This document shows positions 48,584 through 60,077 of a stretch of DNA of 64,000 nucleotides, in pieces. The stretch's first letter is position 1, and every line of letters starts with the position of its first letter. Position numbers and translations under genes: made by a program. The DNA is from Podarcis tiliguerta (Eukaryota). The stretch is taken from the NCBI GenBank assembly GCA_965153285.1, contig OZ229117.1; one strand, 5' to 3'. A model generated the notes under the pieces. It saw nothing but the letters and a program-made list of their open reading frames with translations, had not been told where the DNA came from and ran no database searches.

Positions 48584-50415
48584 CGGTAATAATAATATAC
48601 TAGCAAGATCTTAAAACAGTAAAATAAGCAAGCTACGCTTTCTCCGCCAGATAGGCATTGCCCAGAGTGTTTGGCTGAAGGCTGTTTGTGCACTGTGCTT
48701 TCAGTACGGATGGTGCACCAAGAAGAAAGCTGGATTCCGTGACCTGGATAGATGATTGCAAGTTAAGCACATTTGCACATATTTGCTTAATTTTGCATAA
48801 TTTTGCATCTGCTAAATCCTGAAGAGGAGAAAGGAGCTGAGCAGGCCATTAAAGAACCTCTCCCCAATTGCTAGGAATGCTACATAGACACACAGCATTT
48901 TCAATTTTACCCAGAGGCTTTCAAGCCTACCTCCTTGGTCTTGAGGACTAGATACTTGCCTTTCTTTTACATATGGACACTTGAGATTTTCAACTGGCAG
49001 AATTATGAGCCCAACGCCAGACTTTTTTCTTGTGAGGTGCAATTGCTGAATAATACTGAGCTCAAAGCATGATGCTCAATCCATACTCATGGGCATTTGT
49101 GCTCAAAGCTTACCCTACTGCCTTGCATAGCTTGTTTAGTGCAATTTCCACTGTTCCATGAGGACTAGATGGCTGCTTTTCATTTAAAATGCAGTTGGGA
49201 GTTCTCGTGGTTTCCCCAGGTTTGCAAGTTCCTGAGTCCTGTTTCTTTCTTCCCCTCTTCAGGCTCTCAGCTGCTCTAAGCGGGAGGGGGCCATCTTTCT
49301 GCCTGCCACGCCACACGGGTGTAAACTTTTCAGCTGCATTGTTTTCACAGGAAGCATTCAGTGTAAATACAGCATGTGGGAGAGTTTGTCCTGGGCAGAG
49401 ATGAAAAAGTCTCTGTGACAGGCATGGGTTATAAACTGCTTCCTTGGATTGATGTGAAATCAAAACATTTCTTTTCGGGAGAAGAAAATCATAGGGGATG
49501 TTTACTTAGCCTGGGATCTTTCGCAAGGCACTAAATGTAGAACTGAGGCTGGTGCAGAGTTCGTGGGGGTGGGGGCTAGGCTGCTTTGGTCCCAGGAATG
49601 CCTTTTCTGCATCAACTGCCCATCAGACTTTGCACATACTACAGATTCTGCAGCAGGGCAGAGAAGTAAAGAACATAATATCAGGCCAGTGGTCCATCTA
49701 ATCCGGCATCCTGTTCTCACAGTGGCCCACCAGGTGGCCTTACGAAGCTGACAAGCAGGACCTAAGTGCAAGAGCACTCTCCTCCTGTGGTTTCCAGTAT
49801 TCAGAGACAAACTGCCTCCAAGAGTGGAGACAGAACATTGCCACTGTGGCTAGCAGCAACCGACTGCCTTACCCTCCAGAAATTTGTCTAATCCCCTTTT
49901 AAGGCAGAGGGAGATATAATGTGTTGCCCTTCTTCATGTGTCAGGTAGAGGATGCCATAAGAGTTTTATTTTTATCTGTTTAAAAAAAGGGAGGGGGAGA
50001 TGCCTGCAAATAGAAAACTAGCCCATCAGTGTTGAAAGTGCCCCTATTGGCCTCCCACTGTCAAAATGGCAACACCAGCAACTGTCTCACCAGACTGAGG
50101 ATTGCAGAAAGCGAAAAGCAGGTTTTCCATGTGGGAAAAGGGCTAGAAAGCAGCTCCGCCCTTGGATTGTTAGCTCTTTGCATCACCATTCTGCTATTTC
50201 AACCGGTGGGAAAATTTGATCAAAGGAAGGAGCAGCGAGTTAAATTAGCTACAGTTGAAGTAAGCGCCCATGTATAACTGCATTTGTGTGTATCCTTGCC
50301 CAAGTACCTCTGTGACTCCTCCCTCTGTTGCCTCCTTTGCTACTAAAGTTTAGATAGTAAGCCCCTAGGGGGTTCGGTACTTAAATAAAAATTAGCAGAT
50401 TTTAAAATTATTATT

Positions 50416-50545
50416 TCATAGAACCATAGAATTGGAAGGGACCACAAGGGCCATCTAGTCCAACCCCCTGCAATACAGGAATCTGTTGCCCAACACAGGG
50501 CTCGAACCCACAACCCTGAGATTAAAAGACTCGTCCTCTGCCAAT
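50416..50545 (-). mobile_element. tRNA-Lys/CR1-tail SINE
   Basis: TCATAGAACCATAGAATTGGAAGGGACC...GGGCTCGAACCCACAACCCTGAGATTAA. Confidence 0.8.
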
Positions 50546-53500
50546 TTCTAAGGTGCCCTGCATTTTGATGGCAGAGCTGTGAGGAGCTGGTCAAGATGCC
50601 TAAGCCTCAGAGAAGTGCCTTTTAAAAATCCCCTCATCTTTTGGAGCTGCAAAACATTTGCGGTTGTGTTCTCCCTCTTCTGTTGAAGTCTCAGTGTTTC
50701 TTAAATACCAGTTGCTGAAAGTGATAGGAGGGGAGAGTGGTGCTTGTGTGCTTCCTCTTGGGGCATGCGGTTGTGAGAACAGAGTGCAGGAGTAGATGGG
50801 CCACTAGCCTGATCCAGCTGCAGGGCTCTTCGATAGGCCAGGAGGTGAGCCATGTCTGTGGGATATTCCACATCCTCGCAGCAATATTTCTCCCCCACCC
50901 CGCTGCCCACCATCCTTTTCCTTTAGATAAATATTTATAGAATCGTTTTGCCATCTCTACGTGTCTTCGGCTTCTTCCTTCTGGGATGACGGGACTGTCC
51001 CTCATCCCGAGGAAGTTGTGGAAGGGTGGAAACGGATGAAGGAGGGGCGGTGGACAGAGAGAGTTGGAGAGATGTCCGTTTGTGCTGAGGCCAGGAGGGG
51101 GCTTTCTTTCGGGGGGCCGTTGATAGGATCTGACACCTCGATGCCTCCAGCAGGCTGAGGAAGGCCTGTCCTGTAGAAAAGATCTGTGCTGGACCTTGGT
51201 GTGTGTTGCAGAAGCGCTCTCTCTCCCTGTGCTGAATCATCAGTGGCCTGATGGCCTGCCTCGGAGGCTGCTGTCCAAACCTTTTTCCTTCAGCTACGTT
51301 CCCCAAGCCATCTTTTCTCCAAAGCATATGGGTGCACCCCTCCTCCCCGTTTAAAACAGTGCCCTCCCCTCTTGAGAGCTTTGGCTGTGATCTGTTTAGC
51401 AGAGCTGGTTTTGATGCTCCGTTCCACCCACCTTAACCTCATTTGATCCTCCAACTTAGGTGTAGCTGAGGGCAGGACTCTGCCCTGAGTTTAACAGGCC
51501 TTGGTTGAGCTTTCCGGATCAGGTGGGGCCAGGGAAGCACAGTGACGAAACAGCGACCTGGATTCCCCTGAGCCAACATGACACAGGAGGGTGTGAGAGT
51601 GAGAGCGCACGTGTTGGTGTGTCACTGGAGCCTCGATGTATTGGGGTGTGTACATGGTGTGTGCTCTCCTGGGAGTACATGGGTGGGTGTGTCAATAGCA
51701 CAGGTGCGTGTCTTTTTTGTTTTGCTATTATCTGGGAATCGCATATTTGTGGGTGAGAGGAACAAAGGGAGAAGGGCGATTCAGGTTTTTTGCATGGATT
51801 GCAGACCTCCCATCTTGAGCCAAGAGGCTTTTAGCAACTTGGATCTTGCTCCTTGCTGCTCAGGGGGAAAAAAAATCTGATCACCTGCCTTTGCCTGAGC
51901 TCTGTCTGGCTTTGACCTCAAAGCCCATGAAAAATATGGCAATTAAATGGGGTATGGACTGAATGTTGTACATAGAAAGACCCAGGCTATGCTGTCCTCT
52001 GCTCCCCAAAAAAGAGCAAAAAAGAGGAGCAATTTCCTGGATATGCCCAAAGCAACCAAACAACATCTAAAATGTGTTGCAAGACCCATCCTAGGTCGTC
52101 GCCACCTGGGCCTAATCATAAATGGGCTGTTCATGATGCAGGAGCTGCTGAGGCCTTTGGCATTCAGATCCAGAAGAGCTGCTGGTGCCGCTGTCTTGTT
52201 TCCCTGGCCTAGGAGGGCTCTATGCGGGGGGGGATGGCATCCTCTCCTCCCTGGCCATGGTTTCCTGGGCGGCTTGTGGCCGATTTTGTTTCTCTTCTGC
52301 CGCTCTTGGCAGGAGAGCGTGCCCAGAGCTGTCAGCCGCTAATGTTAAGCAGCCACACGCTGGCTGTCGGGGGAAGAGAGAGAGTCTAAAGTTTCAGGCT
52401 GTTTGCGTTGGACTGTCAGGCTGGAGGATTAGGGGGATGTCACAACGGCTCCCGGGCACGTCGCTGGGGGTCTGATAGATCACAACCTCCTTCTGTGTTT
52501 GGGGGCCTCAAACCAGAGTCATTCATTTTTATCGGGACGGGGGGAGGGAGAATGCAAGAGACCCAGAAGCCTTTTTACAAGCAGCAAGGGAAATCTTGCT
52601 CTTTGGGAGCAAGTTGAAAGCATCCTTCTCATCTCCCCCCCCCCCCATGAATCTGTTTTTGCAGCTGGGCAGAACTAGGTACTGAGTGAGGGAAGAGCAG
52701 GTAAAATAGCGGGAGAGGAAGAGAGAAGGGGGTTCTTCTGAGCAGCGAGTGGAAACCCTGTCCAGAGGAGAATCTACTTTGGTTTCTCCAACCCACAGCG
52801 CACCAAGGGTCGGTTCCTGCAATGTGTCAGCAACCTCCTCCATGCTCAGCAACGAGCCTGTTGCGTGTGAGTCTTATTGCATTGCTGACTCCTGCTGTTA
52901 GGAGACGGACAGGCCGTCTTGCCGTGAGCCACCGTGCTGCAAAAGCTTCAGGCTCTGGGGCAATCGCTGTGCCAAGCACACGGCTCAAACGGCTGCCTGG
53001 ACCCTTCCTGAGAGAGGCGCTGACACAAGTGAGGGGTGTGGACCTAGGTCTCTGTCTCTTCATCTCACCTCAACATCAGGGGAGGGGAGGCTGCATCCTT
53101 AAGCTGCTGTGGGGTGGGGTGTCTCATCCTTTTCTAAAGCCACACCGTTGCTGTAGCAGTTGTGGGAAGCTCATGCTATCGGTTTGATAGCCAGTGGACT
53201 ATAAATTCTCCCCTCCTGTGCTCCCTTCTGAAAGTGTTGCAAACCAAAACTGTCTTATGCATGAGGATGCAACCTCAGTGATGTAAAGATAAAAAGGCAG
53301 CTGTGTTGATCCATAAGAGAAAAAACGACAACAACTCCAGTTTCTATTGTTAGGCAATACCTTTATGAGGACCAACCAAAGTGTCACAAAATGGGAAGCA
53401 AACCCTTCCTCAGGCTCAGGTGTTACACAGAACAGGGAGTACCTGAGATGAGGGGGGGGGAGACTTTTAAACGTACGATATTTGGGCTGGATGTTGTAAC

Positions 53501-53959
53501 CACTGGATGGGCTTGGGTTCAGTTTTAAGATGGTGATTGGAGCCTGACCAGAGTTAGTCTCTGCTGAGATGCCAGCAATATTAGGTTATGGTGAGGTTTC
53601 TGGCTGCTCCCCATTTTTTGAAAACGTAAAGTGCAGCTGTTTCACCCAAATCTGCCTCATATCTTGAGTGAAACCTAGGGATTCCTCATCAGCAAGAGAA
53701 GAGAAACCCAAAACAAAACGAACAAGGCAGACCATATTAGCAAAGCCAGAAATGTGTCTAATTAAAGCTTTTGAATTTCACGGGACTCATAGACTGTGGA
53801 AGAAGGGCTCACCCAAGACTAATCTGAGAGCCTTAGTTGAGCGGGGGATTGTGAGTGTGGCTTCCTCATGCCCAGAGCTCATGCTCCAGCCACCTTGCCA
53901 CACAGCTGCTCAAGCAAATGCTCCAGGAATCTGCTCAACTCACTGTGGGATTGTGGAAA

Positions 53960-54160
53960 GGTGGTCAATGTGGTGTAACAGTCAGAGCGTTAGACCAGGA
54001 AGATATGAGTTCAAATCACTGCTAAATCAGCCATAAAACTCACTGAGTGGCACCGGGCCCATCATGATCTCCACAGCTAGCCTACCTCACAGGGTCATTG
54101 TGACAGTGAAAGGGAGGGAGCCCCTGAGCTTCTTACAGGAAGCACAGAATGTAAATAATG
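53960..54160 (+). mobile_element. MIR-like/L2-partner SINE
   Basis: TGGTGTAACAGTCAGAGCGTTAGAC...GAGTTCAAATC...CTAGCCTACCTCACAGGGTCATTGTGA. Confidence 0.55.
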
Positions 54161-54343
54161 AAGAAACTGCTAATTTGCTTGTGTGGATTTGCTTTGGGAT
54201 GAAGCCAATTGTGATTTAGTCCACTTGTTTATTCTTCTTTCGGTTATTTGAACGGTATTCAAACTTGCTTTAGATGCATTGGAGACTACCCCACCCTCTT
54301 AACTGTCTTGCTTTCTCTCTCTCTTTTTGTTTCTTCCCTCCAG

Positions 54344-54940
54344 CTGAAAGAACTATATGCACTGACAGAACCTCAGGTAACCCCAAGATGGCTGCCAAGC
54401 GCAAAGGTGGCTTGAAGCTGAACGCGATCTGTGCTAAGCTCAGCCGCCAGGTCGTTGTTGACCACAAGGGACCCGAGCGGGCGCATGCCGAAAAGCCTCC
54501 CCTGGGTCGGGAGAGCGCTGGTGGGGGTACCCTCACCACCGCAAAGGATATCGCCCGGCCTGGGGCCAAGGAACTGGGCCCAGAGTTCCCTGAAGGGGTC
54601 GACCGCGTGCAGAAGATTGAGGAGGACAAGCGAAGGGAAGTGATTGAAAAGTGGGTCAACGGGGAGTACAGCGAAGACTCCTTGCTGGGGCGCATCGAGA
54701 GCAAGGAACCGAGGGGCTCCGAGGGCGCTGAGGTGCCCCCCGAAGGCGTGTATATGGTGCAGCCCAAGGGGTGCAGTGATGAAGAGGACAACGTGGATGA
54801 GGCCGAGCCACTGAGGGGACCCCAAGATGGGAGCAGCTTCCTGGATGAACGGGATTCAGATGGGCCTCCCTCGAAGGACGAAAGCTTCCGGGGTCCCAGC
54901 AGTGAGGTGGTCTCCAAGCTAGGTGGAGGAGCTGCCTCAG
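54344..54940 (+). CDS. CASZ1: CASZ1 (castor zinc finger 1) internal coding exon, N-terminal region with basic KRKGGLK motif
   Basis: Translation contains [20 protein letters not shown], [19 protein letters not shown] and [18 protein letters not shown], matching my recollection of vertebrate CASZ1. Polypyrimidine tract plus CAG acceptor at 54341-54343; CAG|GTAAGG donor at 54940/54941. 597 nt, phase 1 at both ends, no in-frame stop. Phase fits the upstream MDLGT-A junction as recalled from human. Confidence 0.96.
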
Positions 54941-56724
54941 GTAAGGCTCCCTAGGCTGGCATCTCTGTTATGCTCTTTCTTGGGCACTGAATAACTGGTA
55001 CGTTTGCTGGATGGATCCGGGGTCTGTTTGATCATCCTAACAAATTTCTACCCAGCTGTTAATGGGTTGGTGGCTCTTCTTTTTTGTGGGGGGAGAGCAT
55101 TTCCTGTTGCGTGCAGCTTGGGTTACTTACACTACTTGCCTACAGGTATTGCTCTGTAAGTCCCTCTTGCAGATCATCTGCTCCCTGCACACAGCATTCT
55201 GTATTCTGGACTCAGGTGGGTGGGATGGCGTGAGGGGCTGACCTAGGTAGCTTTTTATCCCCTTCAACAATGAGCAGCATATTTCCTGTGTCAAAGGACG
55301 CCTAGGCAGTCCCTGAACCCCACATTGTGGGCTAGCCCCAACACTCCATTTAAAAGCAAAATGCAATTAGATCTATTTTAAAAAGGGATTTTGAAATGTG
55401 ACTAATCTATTGTAGTAGCCACTTAAAACAATCAATGGTACCTTGAACATTTATAATAAATGAGGACAATCCCCCATATATATATGTATATATATATATG
55501 GTTATTAATATATATAATTTAGTAGGCTGAAATAACAATAAGTATTATTTCAACTTATTTAAAATATTAATTGCAGCTACTCAATTTTACAGTGCAACTT
55601 TATATATGCCCACTTGAAATTAAGCCCCATCGAGTGCTAACTGTCCCTAGTCCCAAGTAAGTGAGTGCAAGATTGTACCTAACCATCTAATGCCATACAT
55701 TAAAAAAAAGTATAAAATGGCAAGTTAAATGAAACACCATCGATAACAACATACAACTGCAGCTTCAGCACCATTGCCAGAACTCCTGAAGAAAATCAGA
55801 ATATATTCCCTTCCTTCTTTCTGCTTTATTGTCTGTGTGTGCGCTTGCAGATGTGTTCAACCAGCTTCGCAGAACATTGCTACAGCACATACCATGAAAA
55901 GAGTGCTGGCTTAGAGCTTGTGCTCATGTGTGCTTGCACAAGTGTGTGTCTGCGTGGGCCCTTGGCCCCTCTGACACAGCCGCCGGGCCCTCCGTCTCCC
56001 CCTTCCAGCCCACAATTGCTTCCCCTCTTCCCTCGAAGGGGAGAGAAAGGAATGAAGACAGGGACATGGAACACAGAGCTCAGCTAAGCGGGGAGATGTA
56101 CTGGCAGAAGAGAGAAGCAGCTTCTTTCCCTCTGCCTTCCCCTCTAGAGGAATTTTGGCCGCCGCTGGCACAGCGACAAAACAGCAGCAGCTCCTTCTGT
56201 GACACCTCTGCCTGCCACCGCTCAGGCCTGCCTGGCGGACACATTAGCACGAACGAGACTTCTCTCTTTTCCCAGCTCTTCCTGCCCTGGGAACTGTTTC
56301 ACGGCGAGTTTAATTTCCCTTCCTTTTTTTTTAATTGTTGCCTTCCTTGTTGTTTTTATTTATCTACCTTATGCGTGTGCTTTTTTTCCAACCTCTTCCC
56401 GGGACAAAACTACCTTCCCAAGGCGGTTTGCAATATTACCATTGCAGTTGTTACTATTATTACCGCTTAACATCGCTTGCTGACATCTCCGGGGAATGTG
56501 TGCTTTTGGCTATTATGTATGGAATGAGGGGGAAGGAGGGGAGTTACGTTATGGTTTGCAATTCCATAAAATCCATAAACAAATCTTAAACCATCATAAT
56601 CATTGTCAGTTTGTTACCTGCCCTTCCCCACTAGGTCACGGGCCAGGTCTCAACGATTTAAGCATTAAAGATAGTTTAAAGCAAATTACTATTGTATCAA
56701 TAGTGTGTGTCTTGAAAATAAGTA

Positions 56725-56965
56725 CAGTGGTACCTCGGTTTAAGAACAGCCCTGTTTACGAACTATTCGGTTTATGAACTCCGCAAAACCGGAAGTAGTG
56801 TTCTGGTTTGCGAACCCTACCTCAGTCTACAAACAAAAACCAAACAGTGGAAGGGCACTGGCGGCGGGAGGCTTCATTAGGGAAAGCGCTTCTCAGTTTA
56901 AGAATGGTTTCGGTTTAAGAACGGACTTCCAGAACGGATTAAGTTCATAAACCGAGGTACGACTG
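56725..56965. mobile_element. Tigger/pogo-like MITE
   Basis: TIRs CAGTGGTACCTCGGTTTAAGAAC / GTTCATAAACCGAGGTACGACTG; TA TSD at 56723-56724 and 56966-56967. Confidence 0.88.
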
Positions 56966-57624
56966 TATATTTCAGGTGTCAAGAGTTATGTCCTCAATGT
57001 ACGGTGGAAATTATATAATGAAGATGCAAGACACACCTCTGTAGAGAGGGAATTCTACAACCTAGGAGCTTCCTTGGAGAATGCCTTTTTTTCCCCTCTG
57101 AGGCCATCCCACCCCAAACTTTTTAGGACGGTGGGACTACCAAAAAGTCCCCCTCTGCTGATCTTAATGCAATAATTGGCCATAGTTCTGCTAGGGGGTT
57201 ATTCTTTTTCACTCTTTCTTTCAGCCTGCGTGCATTCTCTCCCCCCAGCCCCACCTTCCTTGACTTTCTTTAGTCTACTTTTTCGTTAAGAAAGCAAGAA
57301 TTTATTGCTTAGGGGGGAAGCGGGGGGAGGGAGAGAAACCTCTCTGCAGACCTCACCCATAGTAGGGAAAGTTCTACTCACTTCCTGGAGAGCTGGCAAA
57401 ATGCCCCATTATTCAAACTCTGGTGGTTGTTATCTGAACTCACTATGCTCTCTGCCCAGTCTTTGCAATCTAGATAAAGTGGAAAAGGTAAAAGGACGCA
57501 GTTTAACAAGGAAGAGGGAGAGGTTTTTGTGTGTGCAAAAGTACCTTAGCCGGCAACTGTGAGGAGATGGGGTTGTGTCTGCCTAAGTCTTACTCAGGGC
57601 AGACCCAACTGAAATTAATTACAT

Positions 57625-58110
57625 TATTTTATTTATTTTAAAGATTTCTTACCCATCTTTCACCGTAAGGTCCTGGGGGCAGGTTCTAACAATATAATAT
57701 GTGGTTTATATATACATACATAAAAATGCAGATGAAATAGTTACAACTATAAAAGCAAGCCATACTCTTCCAGCCAGAACAGAACAGAACAGAACAGTAT
57801 AAATTCAGCAAAACAGAATATCTTAACAGTGTAAAGAGGGGTGTCTTCAGCTGTGCAGGAGAGGCTGTGTACACACCATACATTTAAAGTATATGTCTTT
57901 CTCTAAAGAATCCTGGGAACTGTAGTTGGTTTAAGATGTTGGGAATTGCAGCTCTGTGGGAGGAGGGTGAACTACAGCTCCCAGGATCCTTTGGGAGAAG
58001 TCGTGTGCTTTAAATGTAGGAAGTGTATGCAGCCCAAGATGCCAGATTTTTTTTGTGGGGAGGGAGTTCCACAGTTTAGGGGCTGCTCTGCCACAAAGAA
58101 AGCCCTCCAC
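57625..58110 (-). mobile_element. L2-like 3' fragment interrupted by a MITE
   Basis: TTTATTTATTT tail; GGGAGGGAGTTCCACAGTTTAGGGGCTGC (reverse encodes APKLWNSLP). Confidence 0.55.
57863..58034. mobile_element. Harbinger-like palindromic MITE
   Basis: GGCTGTGTACAC...TACATTTAAAG / CTTTAAATGTA...GTGTATGCAGCC inverted ends; ATCCTGGGAACTGTAGTT/AACTACAGCTCCCAGGAT. Confidence 0.7.
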
Positions 58111-58798
58111 CTCCCAGCCCCCCAACCACTCCCAATTTTGAGGAACTGCCGAGAGGGACCTCTTTTCCAACCTTAACAGTGGAGAGCGTCTGTAGGGATA
58201 GAGGCGGTCTTTCATATAGGGCTGGAAAGGGAACAATTGTTGGTGAATGTGTGCAAAGCAAGGGGAGCAAAAAAAAAAAAAGAAATTTAAGATTTCGTTA
58301 TGACCATCAGATGGACCAGACTGACTGCAGATTACCCAGTCCTGCCTGGCTGGGCCCCACAGAACTATGGGTGCTGTTGTAGGCCAGTTCCATACAATCT
58401 AATTAAACCCAGTGCAAGAAGTGACTTTAAACATCACCACAACTGCACAGAGCCACAGATTCCCACCACCCCTCCAGCAGAGAGCACAGTGTTTGTACCA
58501 GGACACAACGAGGGCCAGAGAGGTTTATGGGGAACTTTAAACAGTTGTGATATAGGAGCGTTTGTTCTGGGAAGATTCTGAAATCGAGGCAGGGGTGGCT
58601 GGCAGGAAGGCAGAGACTAAATATGGGGCTCCAAACCCCACCACCACCCCATCACTGGCAAAAAGATAAGAGGTGACCATTTATAGGCAGCTATGGGAAA
58701 GCTTTCCCAAAGAAGTGGATGTGTAAAAAAGCTAGCTTCGACCACAGGGAGATTGAAGATTGAGTTACCAGAACTACTGCAACCCCCCCCCCCCCAAA

Positions 58799-58805
<7 letters not shown>

Positions 58806-58839
<34 letters not shown>
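58806..58839. repeat. (AG)n microsatellite after a poly-C run
   Basis: Direct reading. Confidence 0.97.
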
Positions 58840-58842
<3 letters not shown>

Positions 58843-59066
58843 GCATCTTCAAATGAAGTCTAAACTCCCATTCAGGTTTAATAACTTTGCTCGACACTTT
58901 GCCCTCTTTCCCACATCTCGACAAGCCCCCCTGATCTCGCCAATCCATCAAAGTTTCTCCCTTTTGTGTATGTGGGCCCCAGCTCCCCCACCCCCCACCC
59001 CGCGCTCCCCCTTAATAACGCAACCGAAACTCATCTCTGTTCATCTGTCCCTTCCCTCTTCTCCAG

Positions 59067-59290
59067 CCTTCGCGAGTTCAGTGGCAACGCGCATAATTAT
59101 GCATATAAGATATAAACAGAGCTGTTTAATTATCCTTCGCCACATCAGTGACAGAGTAATTAACAAACATTGCAAGATCAATGAGGAAAAGTGTGACCTT
59201 CAGTTTCCTTTGATAGGAAAAGCCCTTGTCTGTCGCCAGCACAAGGTGATTGAGCCCGGACTCGGTGCTTAAGTTTGTTTTAATTTCCCC
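59067..59290. promoter_or_regulatory. Putative conserved enhancer block in downstream intron
   Basis: GCATAATTATGC palindrome, TATAAACA, TTAATTA, TGACAG, TAATTAAC, ATCAAT and CCTTTGAT (TCF/LEF-like). Confidence 0.45.
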
Positions 59291-60077
59291 CCGCCACCCC
59301 TCCCCAGTCCAGCTCCTTTGGTTGCCTTTCCTGTTTGCAGAGGCACCCAAAAAAGTATACAGTTATGGGGAACGGGGAATACTTCTGGGAACGCATAGCC
59401 GAGCCTGCCAGCCCGCAGGGAGTTAAACAGCACCATCTGGCAGGGTTATTTCCCACCACATGGCACCTTTCCCAAAGCCTGGATTGACAAAGGTTCCCAC
59501 CCAGATTGTGTGCCACCTTCTAGGTGAGCAAGCAGGGAGGGAAATTCACGGCGGATCAGCTGATCGACAGCACTCAGCCGTGAGAGCCAAATATGGATCC
59601 TTCGTATGCAGAGGCGCTGAGTACCAGGCACCAGGGGACACATAGCAGCAGGTGGCTTCCGCCGCAGATCTCCTTGGCGGTGAGGGCGTCTGCAGCAGGC
59701 AGGCTGCTGGATCCGACAGACCTTTGGCCTGACCTGGCAAAGTCCACCTGCTGTTTTGACGACAATAGCAGGCAATGCTGTGCGAAGCAGCTACGCGAAT
59801 CCTCACTCCCAGTTTAGCCGGTGTTTCTGTGTGTAGTTTTGTTCCTTGTTTTGCTTCCTCCCTGCTCACCTTCCATGTTACTCAGAGCAGCTGGCGCATG
59901 GTTTCCATGGGGCCTCCCATCTAGGCAGCATTCAGGGCTGAGCAGATTTTGCTTCAGCCTCTTGCAGCTTCAAACCCCCAATTCTGGAGAGGGAGATATG
60001 CACAGCTTTCCATACCCTAGTTTTAAGTAGCTACTCGAGGGGCAGCTGGCATGGTGCACCCCAGATGTTTGCAACCC

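Larger units (their letters stand above)
1..54343 (+). other. CASZ1: CASZ1 intron upstream of the coding exon (5' end outside the window or in a gap)
   Basis: No MDLGT-encoding exon found in called bases; ends in a canonical pyrimidine tract and AG. Confidence 0.75.

Noticed and set aside
50038-50052. CTCF-like motif GTGCCCCTATTGG
   Set aside because: One base short in the G-run relative to the CCASYAGRKGGCRS spacing.
54274-54343. ORF-track N-terminus [23 protein letters not shown] and C-terminal GKAP*
   Set aside because: Translation of the polypyrimidine tract and of the donor site; intronic.
54270-54917. 215-aa and 150-aa antisense ORFs over the exon
   Set aside because: Shadow ORFs of a GC-rich coding exon; Ser-rich, no recognisable domain.
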